Assembly (NCBI GenBank): GCA_023334545.1
Contig: JAADVB010000018.1
Coordinates: forward strand, 67,233-131,232
Direction of reading: 5' to 3'
DNA length: 64,000 bases
Origin: Salisapilia sapeloensis CBS 127946
Lineage: Eukaryota; Protista; Oomycota
Under the pieces are notes generated by a model. That model ran no database searches. It saw only the letters and a program-made list of their open reading frames with translations, and was not told the origin of the DNA. This document shows positions 1 to 11,100 of the stretch, in pieces; positions within the stretch are counted from its first letter, which is position 1; each line of letters starts with the position of its first letter. The position numbers and the translations under genes were made by a program.

Positions 1-742
1 TAGATGCTAGCAACGGATAGCCAGAACATGAGCGAGAAAAAGTAGCGGTAGTTGCCACGGCCGATGCAATTGTTCACCCAAGGGCAGTGGTGGTCCATCG
101 AGTCGATGCAAACGTCGCACACGGAGCAATGGTGAGCTCTTTGCGGCCGATGCGTACGACAGCTACGACAGTAGGTGAGGCCTTTATCCGATGGAGACAG
201 GTCTGGTGTGTCCTGAGCATGTTGCTTGGTCGTGTCAACAGCCAATGAACGAGAGATAAGGTTCGAGTCAGAGCTTTTCACGACCGAAGTCTCATCCTCG
301 CTATCACTTTGGTCTGCTTCTTCGGATTGGATGACACCTGGGTCACTGGCAATGCTCAATGCGTAGTTGAAGTAGATGTTAAACGATAGGAAGAGCGTAG
401 CAGCCATGTGCAGCAGGTATTGCGAGCTAGTGGCACTGATGACTGGCACTACGGCATAGGCAAAGAGCGCTGTGACGCTTAAAAAGAGTCCTATTGCAAT
501 TCGTTAGTACGTTGCAATGTACTACAGCATATATCGGAGGTCATACCAAAGCCAAAGCATGTGAGCAATGGACCGACATGTCGAGTGAAGGAGATGCCAC
601 AGCGGATGGCCGATGCCGCCAGGAGGAATGGAATTTGCGACGGTTCACGCCATTGAGGAGAGAGGCCCATATTCTTCCAAGGTTGACGAGAAGCAGTCGG
701 ACGTGCGCGATATCTGGAAGAAGCAAAAATAGAGCCACCCAT
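1..742 (-). CDS. DHHC-type palmitoyltransferase (3' end runs off the window); intron 491-546
   Basis: Minus-strand translation gives [45 protein letters not shown] (complete DHHC Cys-rich domain), preceded by TM helices and SDPG. The intron GTATGA...TACTAAC...TAG joins ORF 491..742 in frame to the DHHC exon. Start codon uncertain. Confidence 0.93.
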
Positions 743-1992
743 GGTCGTCTGCCGACTCCGACCCGTTGGATTGACTTGGATCTGAACTTTTGTATGGATT
801 TTCTATAACGGTTAAGTGTTGCATTGTAAAGTGTACCCATTTCGATAGCGTGTCGCGGAATGCTTCGTCGACAAGACGAAGATTGATGTTGCAGTCGTTT
901 GCTCTCTCTAATGTCTTATGATTGCTGACAAGGTACTTGCCGATCTTCTTTATAGCTTTGTGCTATCTGGAAAAGTAGGGACTTGTCAACGAGATTACCA
1001 TATCTTGGTGCTTCTATTAATTTGATTTTGTGGATGGAAAGTTAGGAACACGGATGATGTCGGCAACAAGGATGCACTTGAGTTGTGTAGCTGCTTCAAT
1101 CTGAGACTTCCCGCACGATTTGATGAACGACTTGAACGCAAGTATTGAAATGAGGATGGGCGTTGATCGAATCTCGTACAGGAACAATGTATCTTGATTG
1201 ATCGCATCTTTATTTTGGATCGGAAGGGATGCAAAGAACTCGTCTATAGTCAAAAGCACTGCTATCTAAATCAACGCAATGGACGTATGCGAGAACACGG
1301 CAGCATGGACGATACAAGACAACCCAGCAGTGAAAAAAAGTAGGCTTTCACATAGATGTCCAGTGTGGAGAGTAGACCAGTCACCAATGCATATTGAATG
1401 CTGGATTCTATAAGGGAGAGATGATATCCTTCAATGTCCCCGTGAGGTGGGTTCACCATTCGCTACCAGGTTTCTAAATGATGTATTTAAGACAGAAAAG
1501 ATGCGATAAGAGATATCGAGTTATGGCTGTTGTAAAATGACAAGCATCATTGCACAGCGACTTGCGATCAAGATGGTGTTTGCATTGACCAAATCATATT
1601 AGGATTTGTTGAACACAAAGCGAGATATGATCCAGCATGAGAAACATGAAACAATTGGAGATAGACGGGCTTGATAATATCACGTACATTAGTACAATAG
1701 CTTTGAACTATTCCTTTGCATGTTTCAATCAATAAAGCCTCTAATTTCATTATACAAAGGAAATCAGCGACTATGTCGATGTTATGCTGTGGATCAGTCC
1801 TACCTACTATCATCTCATTACAATTTTTAACCGATCTTTCGCTTCAAAGGTTATATGACGGGATTATACTAGCATGAGTAGTGCGGCTGACTATAACATA
1901 GCTTCTGCCTGTATCGATTAGTCGCAATGCTGCAGATATAGCACATTGCATTTCGATCGCTTCATGTTCAGAAATCGATTTCATATCTATGG

Positions 1993-2002
1993 TTTGATTG
2001 GC
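1993..2002. promoter_or_regulatory. CCAAT-box-like element (TTTGATTGGC) upstream of the calpain-like gene
   Basis: Inverted CCAAT about 70 bp upstream of ATG 2070. CCAAT boxes are established oomycete core-promoter elements. Similar copies lie near 52903 (CCAATCA), 57171 (CCAATAG), 58189 (TGATTGG) and 58223 (CCAATCA). Confidence 0.4.
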
Positions 2003-2069
2003 AGTATATCATACCTGAGCATTTTCATTGGTCATGTGAAGAGCCATTTCATATCTTTAAAAGTCGCCG

Positions 2070-4294
2070 ATGACGGTGGTAGCCAAGCATGGCGATGAGC
2101 TCTTGGTCATATCCTCCTTCCGCTTTCTAGATGCGAAGAGCAAAGACAAGAAGTTCATGTGCTACATCGGACAAAACACTGGATTCAAGTCGTATCGAAT
2201 TACGTTAGATTTTAGCAAATCACGTAATCTAGAGCTCCGTCCATCATGTCCGCCTCATCATAGAGCATCTTCGTCCTGCTCTGGAATGCAATGGGTCGGT
2301 ACAATCTACCCATTTGAACGCAAATTGCTCGTATCTATTGTACCTATAGAACGACATAAAGCGTACGTTCGCGCTGAATGCAAAGTGGATAAAGTAGAGC
2401 TAAGTTCCGATCAAATCCGGGATGCCATGGATGGACTTAACACAAGGCTTCAACAAAAACTTGAACGTAACCATGAAGCTGATTGGAAAGCTGCGTTAAC
2501 ATTGTCAGGAAAGCACGCCATATACCAATGCAATGAACTCAATCGGCTAGCTCTACATACTCCAGATGACTTCATGGACGTCGATTTCCCTCCTACTACA
2601 AGTTCTCTTGTCGGAAAGTGTGAAGATACTGCTTCCTCTGTATACAAGATGTGTATATGGAGGCATCTAACAGAACTTATTGATTCCTCCTGGTCTACTT
2701 CTGAATTCCATCAAAGCTCACTCGTCTGTGGGTTACCTGATCAATCCTCTTTCCTGTGTGCTCTTGACGCGCTATCGTCCAGTCCTGATAAATACCTACC
2801 GACTATTTATCCATCCTATCATCCGCTTAATGTTAAAGTACTTCAGCCTTATCAGTTTGCATATGCTGCTGTCGCCATGCCGATATGTCGATATGGACTA
2901 CAATGGGAATATGTAGTAGTGGATCTGTACCTTCCTTGCTTTCCTATCGGTACTGGTTTTATGATAGCACAGAGCAGACAAGGCAATATTTATCCAGCAA
3001 TGATCCATAAAGCATACGCAAAACATATCGGCAGCTTTGCTGTTCTTTCATCTATTCCAACTATCCACATACTACACGAACTCACAGGTCGACCATGGTA
3101 CGTATCATGTTTAATGTTTATAGCACATCCTCAACTAATTAAACTTGTAATAGGATAAAACTGATGCCTGCAAAAGACGATGGAAGCGGTAGTCAACAGA
3201 GCCTTCAGTCCTATCTCCTCCGATGCTTTGAAATTGATTTCAGCCTTTTGATGATATCGTTTGAAGAAAGTCATATAGCGTTTCCTGTATGCAATATATC
3301 CCAGGATCATCTCGTAATACGACGCACGAACAATCTTGAGATGCACGATAGCTATTTGGACGGAAACCGGGTGCACAATGAAGGTATGAGAACGATTACT
3401 TGGGATCAGCTTTTCTCTCAAGAACCTACTTTTTATTTTTTATCTTCCAACATGGCGTACTCCTATCGAAAGCGACATCTCTTGCATGCAAAGGATCAGG
3501 AAGTGAATGTCCAATTTGTTCTGAGTGCCCCATTTACTACGAACATCGCGATGATGATCCAGATTCGTTCTTTCGATGGCTCTCGTCTTCAAAAAGAATC
3601 ATATCAAGTTGAAATGGAGCAAGTCCAAAGTGACTTTACCTGCAAGACATTCACGCCGTCCCTAACTTCTATTCCAGGCTGCACTAGCGACGTTGTCGGG
3701 GATAACTGTCAGCAAACAGTAGAATTACTATTGATATTCCTATTTGCTGTCTTTATCTCAACTTTCCACTAGATTTTGACAACGCTTGGAGAAGGAGACT
3801 ACGTCTTGACAATATCTACTTTAGACCTAATAAATAATCAATTTGCAGACAGTCAACAAGCATTTTCCATGGAGACAGTGAATGGAAATTTGGACTTGCT
3901 CCTTCAACACATTGATACCGACGTCAATGGCTTTATCTCTCTTCCGAGTCTAATTAACTTTATACTGCGAGTGGAGCGAGCACAGAGCGAGATGTGGATT
4001 GCCAAGGCGAAAGAGATGTTTCATCAGTTCGCATGTAAGGTTCCAGATCAAGCAGTTCTCGGTATTGATCGATGTGGACTAAAAGGAGTCTACCAACATC
4101 TTTTTGCTACTCTATCGCACAAGGCACAAGAGGAAGGAGGTAGCGATATAAAGACCTTAGCTTGCATAGTGTGGGAAGATTTGCAGCTAGCTCTGCAGGT
4201 GCCAGAAGATACAAAGATAATGCATAAGGACATGTACGAAATTCTTTTGTGCGTTCATACTGACACGGAGTCAGTCTGTCTAGAAGGGTTATAA
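2070..4294 (+). CDS. Calpain-like protein (N-terminal beta domain, CysPc, domain III, EF-hand-like tail), probably catalytically dead; exons 2070-3097, 3154-3718, 3773-4294 (about 704 aa)
   Basis: Calpain motifs FMDVDFPP, IWRHL, VVVDLYLP, MIHKAYAKHIGSF and ILHELTG, plus EF-like DTDVNGFIS. Two phase-consistent GT-AG introns (3098-3153, 3719-3772) join the three tracked ORFs. Confidence 0.8.
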
Positions 4295-4364
4295 GCAAAA
4301 ATGGATGGCACTTTTTCTGTTTACTCTGACTCTTACATCTTAGCTTCTCCGATGTCGACAACAT

Positions 4365-5138
4365 CTAGAGATGCATTCGTTTCTGAAACTCTTGCGTCAA
4401 TTCATCCAACGACAGATTCGAATTCTCTTGCAAGTACGTTATAAACTCTTGCGCAGATGCAGCACGTTTGCTGTTTAATGCTTGACTTTCTTGAATGTCC
4501 AAGTGTTCATTGGCATCTTGCAGAATACTTTCAGCTTCGTATTGTAGCATTCGCTTGTCATAAAACTCTGGGTCGGCTGCTCGACGCATTAGATTTAAGA
4601 ATTGGTCATACTCACAACAAGCTTGAAGGATTTGGACGAAGAACGACATGCGAGTATGTCGCTGTCTGTCAGCGGAAATCTTTTGCTCTTCCTCACATCG
4701 TTTCTCGTACTCTTCCATTGTAAATCCATGCTTTTCTAAGAAACCTATTCCAGAATACATATTAGAATTCACATCTATCCCAAGATGCAAGGCGCGTACC
4801 TTTGATGCGATCCATCGAAGACGTGACAAATTCTTGATGAAGCTGCTTCCAGTGCCTACATGACCCTATCAATACCTCATACTTTATGCATACGATTGGA
4901 AAGAATTGCTGTACGGTTCAATCGCATCTAACTCTTCTGAGGAAGGACCTCCTTTGGTGAGCAAAGTAGCAAAAGCTGGTCCGTGCTTGTCACAAAAGTC
5001 GTCGACTTCATCCAGAAAGTCTTCACTACCGACGTAAGCTGCGACCCACTCCAAGACATCATCACCTGCCTCCATATCCTTGAGCAACGGTGTCTCGTAT
5101 CTCGAAAGCATATCAATGGCATCGAACTTGGTACTCAT
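4365..5138 (-). CDS. BART (ARL2-binding, CFAP36/ARL2BP-like) domain protein; exons 5138-4915, 4855-4800, 4744-4365 (219 aa)
   Basis: Spliced product VLEWVAAYVGSEDFLDEVDDFCDKHGPAF...WKQLHQEFVTSSMDRIKGFLEKHGFTMEEYEKRC...FVQILQACCEYDQFLNLMR follows the BART helical pattern. Both introns are canonical and frame-consistent. Confidence 0.7.
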
Positions 5139-5319
5139 GGTCTGTCTTCTTCTGTTCAGAATGACGTACGTAATCTGGATGTCGATCATAAAGAGATGAT
5201 GAAACGAACGACTGTGGAAGATCTTCACGCTTCATTCAAGTACGAAGACGAGAAATATCCTCTGGACCGTAGCGTTATCCGGCCTACGCCAGTACTTGCT
5301 TAATTCTGTCATTCGCATC

Positions 5320-6004
5320 ATGACTGGTACACGCGTGCTTTTGATCGACAATTATGACTCGTTTACGTACAATATCTTTCAGGTATCTAGTAGCTTTGTA
5401 TATATATATCGATCGAGGACTTATGTGTACTAGTATATGTCGCAATTGGGGGCACAAGTCGACGTCTATCGGAATGACCAGATCAGCATCGACGAGATTC
5501 GAAAATTAAATCCGGATCGGATTATGATTTCACCAGGTCCAGGTTCTCCGAAAGACTCGGGTATCTCGTGTGATGTCATTCGTGAGTTTGGTGGTCAAAT
5601 TCCCATTGCTGGTGTCTGTCTCGGTGCGTCATCTTCGTACATGACACGACTAGTAGCATGCTAATGAGCATAAGATAGGATTGCAATGCATGTTTGAAGT
5701 GTATGGCGGTACAGTCGGTCGTGCAGGAGAGATATTCCACGGCAAGAGCTCTACGATCGAGAATGATGGCAAAGGATTATTCCAAGGCATGAAGTCGGAA
5801 GTAGATGCCATTCGATACCACTCGCTCATTGGTTTCCCAGACACACTACCGGATGAATTGGAAGTGACGGCACGAGTCAAAGGTAGTGACATGATAATGG
5901 GTGTTCGTCACAAGACGTACAAGATGGAAGCTGTTCAATTCCATCCCGAGAGCATTCTCACGGAAGACGGCATGAAGATGTTTAACAACTTCTTAGCCAT
6001 GTAA
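5320..6004 (+). CDS. trpG: Anthranilate synthase component II (class I glutamine amidotransferase), stand-alone; introns 5383-5433, 5624-5678 (192 aa)
   Basis: [27 protein letters not shown] (catalytic Cys), HGKSS, RYHSL and VQFHPES (His/Glu) are all present. Confidence 0.93.
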
Positions 6005-6062
6005 AGAATCAAAAGCATTTTCTTTGATTGACTTGAGAGTACAATTCTACTTGAAGTAAAAG

Positions 6063-7689
6063 CTATCGAGTCCGCATGGCTCGACGTCGGCTGAGTGTCC
6101 AGCAAAGACCGATAAACGTAAGCAAGACGGTGCCAGCACCGACGATTATCCCAGTCGTCAGCCACGTATCAAAGGACATGCCGAAGAACTCGGCTTTGCC
6201 ACCGCCATCAATTGTCGTATTTACAGGACCAGCAACAGCACCAGTCGGGATGACAGGAAAGACACTGACGCCACAATTGATCTTGTTATCAGTCCGCAAC
6301 TTGACGAATCCCTTGTCTCCCCACGCAGGACCATACGAGTTTTTCAAAATCCAATAGTCTCCATCGTCACTTCCGTAGCCTACGAGCACGAGCGCGTGAT
6401 CAATGGAGGAGCTGTCCATCATGACACCATTGTCCGGACACTCGTACACGCCACCCTTGTAGTCTTTAAAGGTACTTCCAGAGTTAATCGCGACAGAGAT
6501 CGGTTGTTGCTGTAGTGCTGCTTTTAGTAGTTGCGTCGAGTCAGAGGACTGTTCGCAATCTTTCCCGACTGCTTGTTCCCAGCTCTCGATACTAGCAGCA
6601 GCTCTCGACTCGTCTGGTTGACAAGTGGCAGAATCGTTCCGTGTGGCCGATGGATTGTATCCATGCGCCCCACCAGCGTCTTGGTACGGCAGTTCCAATT
6701 GACTCAGCAAGTTCATACGCAATTGAGCAGCGTCAGCAAAGGCACCGTGGGTCATGCCACCGTTACATCCGTTGTTAAAGCTCCCCCATTTCATTCGAGA
6801 TTGAAGCCAAGCAGCGCCACTCGCACCAGCACCTTCGACCCAGCAGTACTCGAACGTCGCAGTCATCTGACGCGTACTGCAGTCGAGGAACTGCTGCGGA
6901 GAGAGGGAGACGGCCGAGGCATTGGAGTTGATCGCGACAGCGCCTTCGATGGCGTCTGCGGCGGCAAAGGCCCAGCAACTGCCACAGTTTTCTTGTGACT
7001 TGACGGACGAGCAGACGCTAAAGCCGAGTGGGTTGTCTGTCGTGCACCAGTTTAACGATGACGGAAGCGATGATGTGCTTGGTAAATCTGATGGTGCTGG
7101 AGCTGGCGTAGCAGCTGAGTTGGAGGCTCCTAGAGGTGCGAAATCGACGGGTTGATCGCTCTGTTGAGCCTCTTGGAGTCGACGCTGTTTCTTCGCGACG
7201 AGTTCTTGCTCGACGAATTCACGAGCGGTCTGATGATGATAGTCGTCTTCATAAAGATGTCGGTGGTTGACACCCATCTTGTAGGCAAACTGATGATCGA
7301 GTTCGAGCGCATGGCGATGGACATCTAAGGAGAAAAGAAAAAATTAAGAATGATATATTTCTACCAATGTATGCTTCATAGGAATACTGGGGAGATTCTT
7401 GTATATATAGAAGATGTGTGAATATTGGTAGAGAGTACATACCTTCAATGTACTCGACATGATCTTCTAATCGTTGTCGAAATTCGAAGTGAGTCGAGTA
7501 GTCGAGGTCATCCGAGGCCATGAGCTCTCGGATCATTGTGTGGGCATCCACGGCGTTTCCGTTCGAGTCAGCCCATAGGCATGCTCCAGTGGTTTCACAT
7601 CGGAGCAACGTGCCCAAGGATTCACTCCCGGCATGGACCAGGCTCAGACCAGCAGTCAGGATAAGAGCCGGTAATTTTCGCACCACCAT
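6063..7689 (-). CDS. Papain-family (C1A) cysteine protease with signal peptide, degenerate prodomain and C-terminal TM helix; intron 7325-7442 (about 502 aa)
   Basis: QENCGSCWAF (Gln/Cys), CNGG, DHALVLVGYG (His), YWILKNSYG (Asn). Hydrophobic N-terminus, and C-terminal TM TTGIIVGAGTVLLTFIGLCW followed by a basic tail. Confidence 0.92.
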
Positions 7690-8182
7690 CTTTAGAATGT
7701 AGATGTGTAGTTGATGAAAGGCGGGAGTGCACCTCTAGGAGATGCTCGAGCGTGGATATGACGGTGGTCGAAACGAGGAAGAGGTAGGACACGGAAGCTC
7801 TCTACCCGACGACAAATGCGATCACTGGGTCGAGCCCAGTCTGCAAGTTAGAAAAGTTACTTATTGCCGATAGAACGCGTTATTTCGAGACGATTGCAGC
7901 ATTTTGTATGGTCGGTCAGTATAATAGCGACCATTTGACAACTGCATAGGTTAACGGTTAGGTGTACGCGAAGACTTGACTGATTAAGGTTTCGGTGCCT
8001 GTGCTGGACGCAGGTCCATGAACCTGCGTACCTCTGAGTAGATTGATGCCATTATTCCATTCCTAGTAGAGTCGTACGGTGTGTGCAGAAGGGCGACAGC
8101 ACTCACAATCTAGCGAGCATTGGTTACGAACCAGTATTAGTTTTCGATCTTGGAAGGTCGCTTCCAGTCGCAAATCCTACAG

Positions 8183-11100
8183 ATGCCGAAGCGTACATCG
8201 CACGCGTGTGCTGTTGTCTTGTTCGCGCTCGTTCTGAGAAATGTGTTTGGGACACTATCCGATGTGACTATCGCTCCTAATGACGATAGCGCTGGTATCA
8301 CCGGGACCATCTCCATCACGTTTGTATCCGATCTATCCATTGCTCTTGACAGTGAGCTTTCCATCCTCCTTCCTACAGGCTTTGAAATTGCAAGTACAGC
8401 AGCAGCATCTCCTGATAATAGCAACTCCGACGGGACAACATTGTCAGTTGTCTCTCAAGCGTCTACTTCTTTGCGATGCAAGATCGAGACAGCGGCAATT
8501 TCTTCATTTACAGCTTTTGCTTTCGATGTCACGGACGTCACGAATCCAGCCGAGGGATCATGGCAACCGACGACGTTGATTCTATACGATAGTGAAGGCA
8601 TCGAGTTGGATCGAACCAGTTTTATTCCAGCCATCGACATCGTCTTGACGCCATTCAGTTCTGTAGCCACTGCGCTGGACACAACGGATGCAGGTGCGAC
8701 AGGAGCAGCCTCGATATCCTTTACAACAGATGTAGCTTTAAAGATTGGTAGTAAGATCGTAGTCGTTTTTCCAGCAGCATTAGCACTTCAACCAACAGAG
8801 GTGACGCCCACTAGTAGCATTTTAGACTCATCGAGTACCTTGTCCTATCAGGCACCGTCGACAGCAACTGTTGTCATCCAAGGCACAGATATTTCGGCAG
8901 GTGAAGACGTGTCTTTCTCGTTAGATGGTATCACGAACCCAGGCGAGAGTTCCTTGGCAGACTTCGTTGTTACATCGACGGATGGATCGAATAAGATCTA
9001 CCAACGATCTCCTGTTGCTGGTGGAGACATCACTAGTACAGAGTTAACTGATGTCCATTTAGTCAGTACATCTCTTCTTGCAGGTACTCCTACAGCATTC
9101 ACGATAGAATATACGTCTAAGGTGCCAATACCAGTCAACGGCATGTTTGTACTTAGCTTACCGACAGATTATAAGCTTGATGCCTCGTCTTTTGTGCTGT
9201 CAGATAGTAATAGTGGTGACTCGATAAGCGGCATCTTGTCTTCCCAACTGATAGTGTTTCCTTTCGATGCTGCTGTGGCATCTGGGGCACAGAGCTTTAC
9301 CCTGGAGCAGGTGTTCAATCCTAGTGCCCGTACCACAGACACCTTTATGATGTGGACAGCAGATGCAAATGGATTGCTGTTGGAAGTAGCTGTTGGGATC
9401 AACGGATTTGAAATTGCCGCTGGTACGATTTCAGATGCACACTTTCAACCGCAACGTGCGAATCCTGGTCTAGACTCATCCGCTACGCTTACGTTTACCA
9501 CTTCTGCTCGACTAGTACCTGGCAGCTACTTGCAATTGTTCATACCGCAAGATGATTATAAACCAGTAGGAAGTGGACTATTCGTAGATGTACAGACTCC
9601 TTCGTCAATCACAGCTACGATTACTTGGGATACAGGAGCGTCTAAAGCTGTTATAAAGATTACTGGACCCAATACTATTCCACCAGGAGCTGACGTTACA
9701 ATATCTTTATCTACTTTCCAAATGCCTCCATCCGTCCGTGCGGCAACATCTACAGCTTCAATTGAGAGTTATGACGCGTCTGATCTAGCTTTAGATGCAT
9801 CCAGTGTTGTAAACATGGCTGAAATTGAAGCCGTGACCATCCTCAATTGTGTCTGGACGACATTTTCGCCCAATCCAGGCATATTATCGAGCGTTGAGAT
9901 TGTATTTGAAACTAGTGGTCGTATCCCTGCGTCTGGAGCTGTTAAAATATTGTTACCTAGTGATGACTTTAGTGCTGCTGTTGTCGAAAACGCACCGAGT
10001 ATAACATTTATCTATCCGTCCAATATGACAGGAACAGGGTCGTTTGATGCGGATCTACATGAATTGGAAATTGTTCTAGATGAGGAACTGCCGAGGCTTG
10101 GTACCGTCAAACTACAAGTAGCGACACTGAATACACCATGGTCGGTTCGATCGGCGAATCGATCCGGATCAACGTTACGGACACTTGACACAGTAGGAGT
10201 GACCATCGATGGACCAAGTCTACTGCAGCTTGATGCTATTCAGCCAGGGCCATTATTAGGTGACCGATTGTGGACGTCAAGTGAGCCGTATGCAGGTATC
10301 ACAAGCGATCAAGAAGTGACGTGGATGAACCACGGTCAGCTCTCTGTTGGCAGTCGCATTGAAATCACGCTTCCAGTAACTGGATGGAGTGCGAGTGAGA
10401 TTTCGACCGTAGATCTCATCTCTCCAAACATTGGATTAACGTTTAGTTATGCCTTTGATCTTCCGACACGAACACTAACATTGACAATTGATGGATCAGT
10501 GGATCTACCGTCTAATTCTGTCATTCTGTTACAATTTCCAGGTGTAAAAAATCCTCCGAATGAAGTCGGCAATACAAAAGCAAGCGTCACTACGTTTGCA
10601 CCGGACGGCATTGCCGTAGATGGACCCGATACGATTTCCATTCGACCGATTGGGGTCGGGCAGATAACAGGTGTGAAGACATTGACAAGTGTGAATAATG
10701 CGGCGAGTATGGCGAGTGACCAGGAAGTACGTGTGACGTTGAATGGTGCACTTGCATCTGGGGGCTTTATCTATTTTATTTTTCCACAGGATGTAGGATG
10801 GAGAGCTCTAACACTTCCATTAGATGTTCAATTTAGTAGTCCACCAGATATCACAGCTACTTCTGTCGAGTGGACTGCAGCAGAGTGTGAAGTACGCATT
10901 GAGATCGATGGAAACATACCGGAGCGAACAGATATTGAGGTGGTAGTTAAAGGATTGGCAAATCCGTATCAGATACATGGCACGTCGTTGCTTACTGTCT
11001 TGACGAAAGTGTCAACTCGATTGGCAGTAGATGCATCAGATAATATAGTTATTAACTCCATATCAAGTGGAGAGTTACCTAGTGGAGCAACATGGACATC

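Noticed and set aside
541-840. 99-aa minus ORF overlapping DHHC exon 1
   Set aside because: A different frame from the one that splices into the DHHC domain; no independent support.
3155-3776. Operon-like abutting ORFs 2070..3158, 3164..3772, 3776..4294
   Set aside because: They are exons of one calpain-like gene joined by two canonical introns.
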